From positions 186,001-250,000 of the forward strand of contig BAAIJX010000029.1 of NCBI GenBank assembly GCA_054600435.1: 64,000 bases of DNA. The letters are read 5' to 3'. The translations under genes and the position numbers were made by a program. Every line of letters begins with the position of its first letter. Position 1 is the stretch's first letter. The DNA comes from Neophaeotheca triangularis (Eukaryota). This document shows positions 12,117-24,918 of this stretch, one piece after another. The notes below the pieces were generated by a model that was given only the letters and a program-made list of their open reading frames with translations, ran no database searches and was not told the origin of the DNA.

Positions 12117-12787
12117 GGTGCTATAGCGGTTGCGTCTCGTGTGTAAGAAGACAACATAGTAGCCGAGGGTTGAGGTCAGGTTCTTTTCTTCGAGTACTTC
12201 TGAGGTCCGTTTTAAGTCTGATCGCTCCTTCCTCCACGGTGATCTCGACCCAACCGCACCTCTTGGCGCTACTTTGAACTCGCAAGGTGGTGACAGCAAG
12301 ACGCGGAAGGTCACGACCTCAGGACTATGAAATTTATTACCCATCGGTGCTATTTCAGCCTCTCGACCACATTCATGCCTTCTCGCCCCTTAGCAACTAT
12401 GCTAAGCACCTATAATAAATCTAAGGATTCCCTACGACTTTAGAAAGGTCTTAAGGAAAGAGTGATTAAAGCTTGCCGGAGACGTGTGTACTTGACCTGA
12501 TCACCTAGAGTACTTCGTTCTCGCAGGGGTAGCAATTCAACTTATGTTTAATGCTATAGGCCGCTTTCTTAACCGGTTTGTATACGCTGCGAAGGGTAGC
12601 AGCGTATTATACATCCGCCAGGAGATGACAGTGCGCTTCACGCCAGATTTGTTCCGCGTTTTGTTGTCATCCGGAGGCCACAAAAGGTGACATGCGTCGG
12701 AAAATTGAGCACGTTGCTTGTCTGTAATGTAGTGGGGTATCATATATATGTAATGTACACGGTCAGAGTCAAGATTGCAGGCAGCCA

Positions 12788-13794
12788 TCACTTACTGCTC
12801 GAAACATGCGCCTCAGCCGATGTAGCAGAGGGTGTTTTCTGTGGTGGCTCCTTTTTGCTTCCTTCTGTACCTTGGGCTTCCTTTTTTGATTTAGGGACCT
12901 CTGTCTCATTCTTCATGTCCTTCGAGTCGCCTTTGCTCTTACTCTCCTTCTCATCCGCAGAATTCCGCTTGACCCGAGCAGCATTGGCGACCTCCGCGAC
13001 TTCTCTCGTCCTCTTTACCTCCGTCTGTGCTTCTTTCAACAGGGTACTATCATCTGCCACCGGCTCAGGATCCTGCCGGAACCACCCAACGGGATTCCAC
13101 CAAGCACTCTTCCTCTCCAATGCCTCTTTCCTCTCCTCCTCCAGCTCCCTCTTCTTCTCCAAAGCCACAAGCTCCGGCTCGTACCTCGTCCTCAGCCTAT
13201 CGACCTCGGTCTCCAAATCGTCCAGCCTCTCAGCAACATCGTCTCTTCTTGCACTCTCCTTCCTCCTCGCTCTCCAGCTATCAAAGATCAACAGCCCAGC
13301 CGCAACAGCGAAGATGAAAGCTTCAGAGAAGAAATTGGCCCCCAACTCAATAGCTTTGCCCTCACTCAAAGGCCGTATTTTAACTTTATGCGGCTTGTGA
13401 GACTCCTCCTTTTTCTCCCCATTACCCTGCTGCGACTTGTCCCACTCAGCATCTCGGGCTTTCAGCTGCGCTTCCGTCAACACCGTCGGTGTCTCAGCGG
13501 CTCGGCGTTTTTCTTCGGCTTTGCGCTCTTCGCGCGCGTGCATGCGCTCTTGGGCGGCTGTATCGTGGAGGATGCCTAGGCGCATGCGCATGTCGATGCG
13601 GTGGAGGCGTTGGGCTCCGTTGATGCAGAGGCGACGGAAGCCATCGTGTTCGGAGGCTTGCTTTTTGATTTGGTTCTGAGACGTCGATGTTAGCGATGGG
13701 GAGTCTAATGGCATTGCTGATAGTGTCTGCTTACGCCTATGGGCTTTGCAACCGTGCGGATTGCGAGTGAGGCGAGCTTGAACGTGAGAGACAT
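12788..13794 (-). CDS. OPA3: OPA3-like mitochondrial protein
   Basis: Exon 1 [20 protein letters not shown], intron GTAAGC...CTAAC...CAG, then [14 protein letters not shown] and [23 protein letters not shown]. Confidence 0.92.
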
Positions 13795-14269
13795 GATCGG
13801 TGTTTGGGATTCTAGGGCGCGATCACCCAAATCAGAGTCTATTCATGCATTGCTAGAGAGCCGTGAAGTAGTACAGTCGTCTTTGAGCCAGTATCCAGAA
13901 TGTAGGAAGTTGATCATTCTGACTCCCTCACAGCTCGGTGCTTACGATGTAAAGTCCGATGGGCGAGGATGGGAGAAGATGATCGAAACATTTGACCTTC
14001 GCCTAACTCGCTTCTCGTCTGACATGAGCGGTGATGTTCAGAGCCTATTGAGAAGATGCTACTCTTTTGACAAGAAGATAGATCGTGTTTCACGAAGGAA
14101 CAAAATATTATCGTTGTCTGGTTGTAGAAACAGCATCGGCTTTTGTCTCGCATTGGCGCCGACTTCGCGTCTGGGTTGTTGGTTGCCTCTGACGAAGGAG
14201 GGGCTCCAACATTTTCCGGACCTCTTGTTGACTCAAGCCGCACTTCATACACCAATACCCACAAAGCCC

Positions 14270-15994
14270 ATGCAATCCCTCCTTCGCCTACCACCTTCCC
14301 TTCGAATTTCTCTTCTCAAACCGGGTTTCTTCTCACAAGTCAAGACAGCAACATCGCTCCAGGCATCCAAGTCTTTCACCACAGAAACAACAGCCCCCAC
14401 CACCACCACCTTCGACATGGGCAAAGATAAAGAGATTAAGGGCTCCGGCTTCCAGCTTAAAGTCCCAAAGGGTACCAAAGACTGGAGCGGCACGGACATG
14501 GTGCTTCGCGACCGCATCTTCAACACCATCAGCACAGTCTTCAAGCGTCACGGAGCCGTCACGATCGACACGCCTGTCTTCGAGCTCAAAGAAATCCTCT
14601 CGGGCAAGTATGGCGAGGATAGCAAACTCATCTACGACCTCGCGGATCAGGGAGGCGAGCTCTGCAGTCTGCGCTACGACTTGACTGTGCCTTTTGCTCG
14701 CTGGTTGGCCATGAACTCTTCCGTGCAGAACATCAAGAGGTACCATATTGCCAAGGTCTATCGACGGGATCAGCCTGCCATGGCCAAGGGGAGGATGAGG
14801 GAGTTTTACCAGTGCGATTTCGATATTGCTGGGAGTTACGACCCGATGTTGCCGGATGCGGAGATTATGAGGATTACTTGCGAGATTTTTGAGGCGCTGG
14901 GTTGGAAGGGGAGGTACACGATCAAGGTCAATCACCGGAAGATTTTGGATGGTATCTTCCAGGTGTGCGGTGTCCCGGGTGATAAAATTAGGGCGATTAG
15001 TTCGGCGGTGGACAAGCTGGACAAGAGCCCGTGGGAGGAGGTCAGGAGGGAGATGACGGAGGAAAAGGGGCTGGATGCAGCCATCGCAGACAAGATCGGG
15101 GAGTACGTGGTACGCAAGGGCTCAAAAGAGCTGCTGGAAGATCTAAAAAACAACGCCGCGCTATCTGGCAACGAGAGCGCAAAGGCTGGACTCGCAGACA
15201 TGGACCTCCTCTTCACATACCTCGAAGCTTTCGAAGTCCTGCCGCAAATCTCCTTCGACATGTCTCTCGCCCGCGGTCTCGACTACTACACAGGCGTCAT
15301 CTACGAAGTCATCACCGAGGGCTCTGCACCACAAACCTCCGAAGGCCAGAAACTCCAACAAGCCGGCAAAAAGGAGAAGAAGGAGCTCGCAGATGGCGAG
15401 GACCGCTCCAACGACCCTAGCGTCGGCGTCGGCAGTGTGGCGGCAGGCGGTCGTTACGACAACCTCGTCAGTATGTTCAGCGGCAAAGGCCAGATCCCCT
15501 GTGTCGGCATTTCCTTTGGCGTCGACCGCATCTTCTCCATTACAAAAGCACGCATTGCCGCCGACAGCCAAGCAGCCCCGATAAGAACGAACGAGGTCGA
15601 TGTTTACGTCATGGCATTCGGTGGAAAGGGTTTCGACGGGCTGTTGCCGCAACGCATGGAAGTAGCCAAGAGGCTGTGGAACGCCGGCGTCAAAGCGGAA
15701 TTCAACTGGAAAGTCAAGCCCAAACTGCCGCAACAATTCAAGGCCGCGGAAGCAGGTGGTGTGCCTTTCGCCGTTATCCTCGGCGACGAAGAGCTGGCAG
15801 CCGGCCAGTGCAAGATCAAGGAGCTAGGACTGCCGGAGGGCCACGCCGAAAAGGACGGCGTGCTCATCAATATGGCGGATTTGGAGTCGGAGATCAAGAG
15901 CCGCATCAGCAAGCACGGTGCTGATGGCTTGGCTGCTGGCGTGAATGCTATGGCGCTGGGTGCTGAGGCTTCTGCGGCTGCCAAGACTAGTTAG
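14270..15994 (+). CDS. HTS1: Histidyl-tRNA synthetase (ATG 14270 for a presequence-bearing form, ATG 14417 for a cytosolic form)
   Basis: [71 protein letters not shown]. Confidence 0.97.
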   Translation: MQSLLRLPPSLRISLLKPGFFSQVKTATSLQASKSFTTETTAPTTTTFDMGKDKEIKGSGFQLKVPKGTKDWSGTDMVLRDRIFNTISTVFKRHGAVTIDTPVFELKEILSGKYGEDSKLIYDLADQGGELCSLRYDLTVPFARWLAMNSSVQNIKRYHIAKVYRRDQPAMAKGRMREFYQCDFDIAGSYDPMLPDAEIMRITCEIFEALGWKGRYTIKVNHRKILDGIFQVCGVPGDKIRAISSAVDKLDKSPWEEVRREMTEEKGLDAAIADKIGEYVVRKGSKELLEDLKNNAALSGNESAKAGLADMDLLFTYLEAFEVLPQISFDMSLARGLDYYTGVIYEVITEGSAPQTSEGQKLQQAGKKEKKELADGEDRSNDPSVGVGSVAAGGRYDNLVSMFSGKGQIPCVGISFGVDRIFSITKARIAADSQAAPIRTNEVDVYVMAFGGKGFDGLLPQRMEVAKRLWNAGVKAEFNWKVKPKLPQQFKAAEAGGVPFAVILGDEELAAGQCKIKELGLPEGHAEKDGVLINMADLESEIKSRISKHGADGLAAGVNAMALGAEASAAAKTS

Positions 15995-16582
15995 GTACTG
16001 GAGAGGACGGCGTGTGGGCCTGGGTGTTTGTGTCAGGAGTGGAGGTGGCGGTAGGTAGGGTTTTGCAAAGGTTTGGGGGGCCAAGGCGATAGGTGGTGGA
16101 TGTGGTTCGTTTGATGATACCCGGTGAAATTCTTTACATTGACTGCGTGCTCTCAGTACATCACTGACTGCTCGAATCATGGCGCCGAAAGGAAATAGCA
16201 CGACCATTCGATCTCGCATTCGCCTGGCCACTGTCCTTCAAATACTTGTAGTACCGGCCCCTCTCATCTTAGACGCAAACAAAAAGCGCGTATCCAGTCG
16301 TAGCTTCGTCTCCTCCGATTGCACGAATGAACCTTGCGCTCTACCGTACCTGAAAGCCCTCAAAGCAGCCCATCCCAACGACCGACCAGGTGACCACGCC
16401 TGCGGCACATGGAACAACGCCGATGGTGAAAAACACAATCCCTTCCGAACGCTCTGCCGCTCGAGCCGCTCTCTTCAATCTCCATACAATGGGCAAAGGA
16501 GGCATTGTACGCAAAACAGAAGACGGCAGGAGTTAGAAAACGCAACCGCAGCAACAGGTTGCGACAGGCGTCACTCCAGGCT

Positions 16583-19500
16583 CTAGGTGGAGCCGGCGGA
16601 GCTCCGTCTTCTCCTTCCCCCGCGTTGGTGGTCACGACCTCGACGTCGCCGATCGCGTATAATACAAGCAGGCAAGCGAAGGCGGCGGCGAAGTAGCAGA
16701 TCAGCATCCTGGTGATAGCGCCGGGAATACCCTTCCCCCTGGTGATCTTTGCCCTCTTCACTTTCGGACTGCGCCCGTTCCACCTTGGTCGCAAACTGCT
16801 CGAGCTTTGCGCGCGCCGCAGGAATTAGAGACAAGCCTCGAAGCCAGGTGCGTTCTTGACTGCCTTGTTCGTTAGACGCTTCGCTCAGTCTTTCTTCAAA
16901 CTTTTCGGAGGCGTCGATTATCAAGCCCACCGAGGAAAGAAACGGTATAGGCGTGAATAAGATGGAGTGGTACTCCTTGCTGATCTCTGGAAACTTGTGT
17001 TTGGAAAATGGGTAGTCCACCCTAATCACGTATTCGCTTCGTAGCCTCAGACCACAGCAAGCCGAATCACTCCCTCTCCGGATCCGCATAAGAGGATGTG
17101 CATGCTTCGGAATCCAAGGGGGATCGTATCGCGCTCCTGATTGTAAGAGTATCTTGATTGTGCTTGTGAGATCGGCCCCAATTTGCCAGTCACCCCCTCC
17201 CCATGTGCTTTCTGCTGCCCGATACAGAGGCGTCGCACCTTCTATGCTCTTTGAGTTGACATCGACCTGGCTTAGGATGAGTCGTAAAACAGTTTTGGGG
17301 TGCCGTGCCCAGGCTGCCCAATGCAGAGGTGTCCTCCCTCGGTCGTCCATAGATTCAACATCGACGCTCGTCTCTAAAAGCAGTTCAACGACAAATTGAT
17401 GCCTTTTAGCTGCTGCGTAAGACAGCGGTGTCCTTCCTCCGCCATCCTTGGAATCAACGTCAACGTCCGTCTGTAAGAGCAGCCGGACGATTGCCTCGTG
17501 TCCCTTCTCTGCTGCCCAAGACAGAGGTGTCCTTCCTCCGCCATCCTTGGAATCAACGTCAACTTCCGTCTGTAAGAGCAGCCGGACGATTGCCTCGTGT
17601 CCCTTCTCTGCTGCCCAAGACAGAGGTGTCCTTCCTCCGCCATCCTTGGAATCAACGTCAACGTCTGTCTGTAAGAGCAGCCGGACGATTGCCTCGTGTC
17701 CCTTCTCTACTGCCCAAGATAGAGGTGTCCTTCCTCCGCCATGCTTAGAATTAACATCGACGTCCGTCTGTAAGAGTAGCTGGACGATTGCCTTGTGTCC
17801 ATTGTCTGCTGCGTAAGACAGAGGTGTCCTTCCTCTGCTATCCTTAGGATTAACGTCGACCTTGCCCGTATGTAAGAGCAGCCGGACGGTTGCTTCGCAT
17901 CCCTTCTCTACTGCGAGAGATAGCGGTGTCTTTCCCCAGTAGTCCTTAGAACCAACTTCGACCTTCCCCGTCTGTAAGAGCAGCTGGGAAACTGCTTTAC
18001 GTCCCTTCTCTACTGCAAGATCTTTTCGGAGGGATAGCAGTGTTCTGAATCCCCAACCATCATCGGCGGCCCACCTTGTCCCTACTGCGAAAGATAGCGA
18101 AGTCTGTCCCCAGTGATCCTTAGAATTAATGTCGACCTTCCCCGTCTGTAAGAGCAGTTGAACAACCCCTTCGCGGCCAAAATCTGCTGCGTAAGATAGC
18201 GGTGTCCTCATACTCTCAGCCCTCGAATCGACGTCGACCTTCTCTTCCTGCAAAAGCAGCTGAACGACTACTTCGTGTCCCTTTTGTGCTGCGTAAGATA
18301 GCGGTGTCCTCCAGTACCGATCCCTCGAATCGACGTCGACCTTCTCTTCCTGCAAAAGCAGCTGAACGACTACTTCGTGTCCCTGGCTTGCTGCCCAGGA
18401 CAGCGGTGTTCTCCCACTCTTATCCCTCGAATCAGCGTCGACCAAGTCAGTACCTAGAAGTATTCCAACAACCACCCCACGCCCATACTCGGCGGCGTGC
18501 GATAAGGGTGTCCTATCCTGACTGTCCAGAACATCAACCGGCTGCTCAGTTTTGCACAAGGCTTCCGAAAGTGGCGCAGCGCCTAAGCGTGCCAGCAAAT
18601 GCATACCACTTGTATCGCGGTAGAGATTATACCTGTAGCAATGTCTGGTTAAGAAATCCCAGGCTTCTGTTGCAGAAACGACCAGACTCTTGTTCTTCAA
18701 TAAGCACAACGAGGCGCTTGTTACAGTTTTGTCTCCCGGCTGATACGCATCTGAAACATGGCCAGACCAACGCAAAGCAGAATATTCCAGAAGCGGATAC
18801 TCCGAGGACCTGCGCAAAAACTCAGTATCATCCCAGTCAACGCCGGGAGCCTGCGCAAACGGCTCCAAAGACAGGTATCTGATACATTTGAGTGCAATGA
18901 TGGAGTCTGCGTAAGGAATCCACCTTTCCTACTGCTCTTCAAAGAATTTCTGAGCTGTGTAATGCACCAGTCGTACCACATCACGTTCTTCGTCTAGGAT
19001 GAGCAAGCCAGCGCAGACCGAGAGGACAAGGTCAACCTTGCAGATGTTGTCGTGAAGATCGCGGACGGAGAGAAGAGTCAACTCAGGTGTGGTCGCGTTG
19101 ATGTCGACTTCAACGGCGAGTGCGTGCTCCAATTCTTCTCTTGACAAAAGTTTCCGGGCCCGGACTACCAGAGACAGTGCTTCTATTGCAAGAGCACGAT
19201 GCTGTTTGTTCTGGTTTTGTATTCGCTCCATAGTTTTCACGTACGCATCAGAGTAAAGCTCGGTGTCTGGATCTTTCGGAAGGGCTTCAAGAGCACGTTT
19301 GACTTTGAGTGTTGTCGTGCACTCCTTGATTGAGCCCATATAGAGTTGTGCAAGCAGGAATCTGTAGGAGGTTAGCACTAGCCTTGTAAGGTGGTCCAAA
19401 ACTGCAATGTATACTTACATCCCTTCGACGGCTGGGATGATAGTCTTGATGATCAGCTCCCGCAAGGATTGTTCTTTCTGCACGGATTGTGGGAGATCCT

Positions 19501-20785
19501 TCATGTTGGCCTCCAGATACCTGGCCACGTCGGGATCAGGTGCTTGCACTCTCAATTTGGGACACTTCGTAAACTTTTCGAGGATGTTTGGAACAGGACG
19601 AGTCGTCACTAGTAGATGCAATGAGCCACCGGCTTGCTGCTCTCGAATGACATCTAAGATCTCTTCTCGTACGTCCGCCTGGCACTCATCGAGAGCGTCG
19701 AGGACGATGTGTACTTTTCTGAATGCTCGGAGGAGAGCAGAGAATGCTTGTTTCAGCTCTTCTCGAAGCGGGCGCCGGGTTCCCAGATGGTGTTGGAATA
19801 GCTGCTTGATCGAAGCTGGGACATCCACTCTGAAGCAGAGCATTTGTCTGATCAAAGCTCCAAGCAGATGGTCAGTCGTCTGCTCATGTTTGGTCTTGTA
19901 TGTAAAGAACAGGTATATAACTGCAACACTAGAGCTCTTCGGAACTTGGAGCAACTCGTGAATCACGGTTGCGGCCATGACTGTTTTACCGGCACCTGGC
20001 GGTCCCGGGGAAACTAGAGTGGTCACATCACCTCTTGACCACGCCTCGTACGAGGGGGCTTCCAAAAACCAGAGACCTGTGCCTTCCTGTTTCCTGCGAT
20101 GGATGTCGTTCAACTGCTGACTATAGTCTTGGTCACAGAACCATACGAGCATGTCCTTCAAGTCTGCCAGTTCCTGCTCCGTGCGAAACTCCTTGCTCAT
20201 GGCCTCCGCGGTGATTTTGACCGATCTGATCAACTTTTCCGTCGCTGACACGCCTGCGCTAATGGATGGAAGCTGACCAAGAGCGTCGTCCAGGGTATCA
20301 AAGCCATCCACCAGTCTCTCGTCCACGGCTCGCAGAAGTTGGTGCATGTCGGTCGCCGTATCCAATTGCAGCAAGCCCACAGCCATTTCAAGCTCGTCGC
20401 GACATGCCTCTACGTGCCCTCTGATGGCTGTGACGGTGCCTTTTCGAAATGGGTAGCAGGATTTGCGGCCATGTGCCTTGAGCTTGTCCCACGCCGTCTG
20501 CGGTGTCTCTTGCTTGCGTATCTTCTCGAGAATGTCCCGAAGATCGTTGGCAGCATCGTTGCAGGATCCAAGTGCGCTGTAAAGCAAATCGGTAGCTTGG
20601 ACCGAGAGGCCAGGTTTGCGGACTATATCGCGTGACACCTTGAATGCTTGATGAAGCCACAGGAGGTGCTCCCTGACTTCTGCGACGTCCTTCTCGCAAT
20701 CTTTCCAGGTGCGGTAGTAATCGTACAATTGCTTCGTCACATCGAAAGCGAGAGTGGCCACGGCCAGGGCTGTGCCGGGGTCCAT
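16583..20785 (-). CDS. Fungal NLR/STAND protein: helical N-terminal (SesA/HeLo-like) domain, NACHT, ankyrin repeats; interrupted by an in-frame TAG at 18931-18929
   Basis: MDPGTALAVATLAF N-terminus, GTGLWFL, Walker A GPPGAGKT, Walker B IVLDALDEC, LLVTTRP, intron 19418-19362, VRLVHYTAQKFF, then more than 12 RTPLSxAA..GH ankyrin repeats in the same frame after the TAG. Confidence 0.88.
17420..17750 (-). repeat. Near-identical 99-bp tandem ankyrin-coding repeats (about 3.3 copies)
   Basis: RTPLSWA(A/V)EKGHEAIVRLLLQT(D/E)VDVDSKDGGG repeated with almost identical DNA. Confidence 0.9.
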
Positions 20786-23136
20786 GTTGTCTCTGAGCTG
20801 CCGCTGCGAGTCTGACCTCGATACGCAATCTCGGAGAGACAACCCAACGAGACAGAAGCTTCGTCCGATTCTCTGTTGGTTCCAAGACGAAAATATTGGG
20901 TATTTGATGGGCGCTTCTCCTTGGAAGTACTGACGCTGCAAGTTCGTGAGACGTCGCTTAGACAATGGTCGCTGATGTCGGAATCCTTGTTGTGTAGTAA
21001 AACTGGTTGTAAGGACGAGGGGGCAGCTCGATGAACGGGGAAGGTTTCCTACCTAGAGCTTAGGAGTACATCGATACACATAGTAAATGGGGTGCGAAGT
21101 GCATGCGCGAGTACACGATTCCCAGGGAGGGGGCTGTGGAAACATGCAAGGCTGAAGGATTGGGAAGCGGCTCACCAATCGATTGATGAGTGGTGTTTGG
21201 AGCTGACACCTCGCGTCAATACCAAGCTCGCTAAAAGACCAATGCAAACGAATCCATACCTACTACAGCAGGTGCTCAACCAAGTGTGGGCGCGCATTGT
21301 GAAGCTGCGGGTGCCTCTATCACGCACACTCAAGGGGAGCTCCGTTAGCAGTACCTATCAGGCTGCTAGGCGTGGCGGGGGCGAAGACTCAGCTCCAACC
21401 GTAGCATGCCGTTGCATCGAGCATGTTTCCTCGCGACTTGGGAAATGTTTGATCGGAGTGGTTTTGAAGATTGTAGGACGTTGTAAAGAAGCGGAAACCG
21501 ATGGCCGGGCCGACGGGCTGGCATGCTTATGCCGATCTCAACTCCTGATGGGGAGAGAATCCATCCTTAGGCTGTACGAGGTACATTGTAGAAAGACATT
21601 TACCGCTTCGTGCCCCACTTCCACACTCTTTGGTCGCCTAGGCCTCGAGCTGACTCGACCATTCCTTGCCCAGGGTGCATTTTGACGCCAAGTGGCCTAA
21701 TTGATGCGGTTCCCTGCGCCGCCACTCGAGGATCACGCAGCCAGCATGCAGCTCATACAGGCTACCTAGGTACAGTCGTGGACAGCTGCTGACAGAGGGC
21801 GAGATATTCACAGTGTCGAGTTTGAGGGTATATGCTCGATCATCGCCGTGTCGTTTACGTTTGGTGATTTCGGGCAAAGCGGCGATTTTAGTAGTGAGAT
21901 GCTCGAAAGATAACCACGGTCCAGTCCAGACTGACGAACCAGGTAGTATCCAAGGATTCCATGGCTGTTGTGGCACCAGCTATGCGTTCAACTTGCTTGT
22001 AGCTTCACCGGTCCTTGGTGGCTGGGGACTCTGTGGAGGAGAGTATCGTCACCATGCAGCAAATGCAAACGAGGCTATGCATTTGTGTCTAAAGATGTGT
22101 ATGGCTTTATGGAAGCCTCAGGCATGAATTTCCTCGTCTCGGCAAAGCCGGTGGGGGGATTCACTCTCGGTCGTAAATGTCGGTAGACAGTTCCCTCCTA
22201 TACAACAATCGATCCATTCCCTGAGAGCCGCAAAGGATCGGGGCAAGGTCAACCAAATCGAATCTAGAACCAGCAGTGGCCTCGCAACCCAAGGACATTG
22301 AGCTTCGACAGTCTACTGGTCAGGCGAATTCCTCCAATAAGAGCGTTCAAGATTCAGACCTTACATGTATTTCCAGTCTCATGTGATTAGATGTACAGCT
22401 GGAAGAAAGTCGTTGAGAGCCACACGTTGACCGCTGTATAGGGCGTGTTCCAAGGCTGCTGTGTAATGATGCTCGTTATCTACATCAACTTTTTACCTCG
22501 CAGTCACATCGCCCTCGCTCAGGACAGTCCGAAACCAAAGGATCCCGTCATTCGGCACTTCGATACAGTCCTGCTACGGTTTTAAGTGTTCGGAATGCAT
22601 TGTTAAGGCTTAATCGTACACTCCCACGAACATGCTTGCCCGCGGACCAGAAGCGTTGCGTGAGAACAAAGCGAGGCAACCCGCGGTTCCTTCGAAATGC
22701 CAAATTCCGGACCCTTGTCTTACAAAGATACCAACGCTCTATCGTAGATAGACTTTGCTCTCTGCGTTTGTAGCGGACACCGGAACGAATGGAAAGGGCT
22801 TGGCGGTCTAATAAAGCAGTGGCGAGCTGAGTACGCAGCTTAGCGGTTCGAGTGCTCCTCTCGCGTAGCATGTCGTCATGTAGGGCGTGACTAGGAATAG
22901 CGGGAGCAGTCTGGTTGTCTTGCATACTGAAAATGCGAGCTGCCAGTTGCGTTGGATCCTGCTGAAGTAGGAGGCTTGCCGGGAGCGATTGATGCAGCGT
23001 CGATATGTTTCCAAGTGTTCCCTCGTCCAAAGCCGGCTGAGAACAAGTGGAGTCGACAATGTAATCGTAAGCGAGACTTCTTTTTCCTCTTCGCAGCTCC
23101 GTTTCCTCCTTCGCAGCTCGAACCTCCTGCTTCCAA

Positions 23137-24679
23137 CTAACCAGCCCCCTTCTCCATATCCAGAATCCGATTCACATCCAAACCCTCATCCCCCTCGCCC
23201 ACCTCCCCCGCCTGTTTCCAGAATCGACTCAAATGCCGAGTCCCCGAGTCACAAACGATCGTGACAACCCTCGCCCCAGCCTTGCCCTCCCTCTTGAACC
23301 CCCTAGCAACATGACAAGCCGCAACCAAATTCACGGCGGAACTCGCGCCCACAAAAAGTCCCTCCTTAGCAACAAGCAACCGCGCCATAGCCATCGCCTG
23401 CCGATCCGAAACCTTAACCGCATCATCCACCAACTTCATCCCCGCGTTAAAATTCGCCGTTAACCGCGTGATGCCAATCCCTTCTACCACGGAATCAACC
23501 TGATGCCGCCGTCTCGTCCCTTCAGCTTCCGTAGGACTGAACATAACCCCATACCTCACCTTGTTGTACAAACCACTCCCTTGAGGGTCCGCTAACACGA
23601 CTCGCAAGGTCGGTAACAGCGGTTTCAGCGCCAAAGCGACTCCGGAGATGGTGCCGCCTGTGCCCGCTCCCGCTACAAAGGCGTCCAGGTGATTGTGGCA
23701 TTGGGTGTATATCTCCGGCCCTGTCGTGTATTGGTGTGCGAGGTGATTGGCGGGATTCTCGAATTGGTCTGCGAAGAAGCCGACGGATTTAGGATGGGTG
23801 GCGGGTGGGGAGGCAGTGTGTTCTGCTGCGCGGCGGCGGGCGAGGTTGACGAATTGGTTTTGATCGACTGAGTGGAAAACGAGGTTAGTACTAGAGGATG
23901 GTGGCTTGGGATTAAGCGCTCGAATGAGGGAGCGGTGGTGTGATTACATACCTATGCTTGCGGGGCGCACTCGCTCGACGGTTGCGCCTAGGCGGAGTAG
24001 CAGGTCGGACTTCTCGGCTGACTGGTCGTCGGGCATGCATCTGTCATAGTGTTGGCAGAACGGACTTTGTGAAATGTAGTAATGGATTGCGCAGCCTATA
24101 ATCTACGTACATGTGCGCTTTGTAGCCCCTCGCTCTGCAAACCGCGGCCAACGAGATCCCCGTCGAGCCAACAGTGCCCTCGTAGATTGTATCACCTCTA
24201 CCCGGCACCAGCAAGCCTTCTTCCTCGGCATGATTGATCATGGAGAGCGCTACACGGTCTTTGGGGCTGTTGCCCGCACCGTTGAGCAACTCGGCTTTGG
24301 CGAGAATCTCACATCCGGTGGCTTCACTCAGACTCTTGAGTTTGATGAGAAGTGTATCACCTATGAGTCCTTCAATACCTGTTGCAATCTCCGGGACGGT
24401 CTTTGAAGCAGATGTGCCAGGTTGGAGCGCCATGCTCTTGCGGCGGGTGTGATCTTCTAGGCGTACGTAGTCGGGTTGTCCGGGCAGTGGATGAGGGATG
24501 TTCAGACCTCGAAGTCGACGCATTCGCTGTTGAAAGGAATGCTCGAGGTCTGGGTAGAAGTCTTTGAAGGCAAGGGTTCCCATGATGCCGAGGATGACAC
24601 CGCCCATGCCTGTGAGTTTGTTGCGGTTGTCGACCATGCGCGCCCAGATGGCGGTCAAGATGTCGCTGAAGACCCACAT
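23137..24679 (-). CDS. Cysteine synthase family PLP enzyme with an N-terminal membrane anchor
   Basis: AKAELLNGAGNSPKDRVA (PLP lysine), EGTVGSTGISLA, FVAGAGTGGTISG, LADPQGSGLY, VVEGIGI, CDSGTRH. Two introns. Confidence 0.93.
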
Positions 24680-24918
24680 GCTGCCGTCGTCTCTATTCTC
24701 CGCCCTGTTAGAGCAGCTCTGGAGCCTGGACGGTCGATATGTCTCTGAGATATTGTCTTAACGAGAGGAGATGAAGTAGTGTGTAGAGGTGAGGTCCAAG
24801 ACAAGCTCTTTGGCCCCCACACTCGCCAGCTCTCTTCCCCGAAGCTCCGCCCGCATTGACACTAGTTACTGGCCGATGTTTGACTACACCTCGACCGGCA
24901 TTCCCAAACACCAGCCCA

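Noticed and set aside
13739..14269. N-terminal 177 codons of the 751-aa HisRS ORF
   Set aside because: They overlap OPA3 exon 1 on the opposite strand and the shared promoter, and are not protein-like; a chance open frame.
16180..16800. Overlapping minus-strand ORF with a hydrophobic stretch at the NLR 3' end
   Set aside because: No recognisable motif or credible start; could be a frameshifted tail but cannot be supported.
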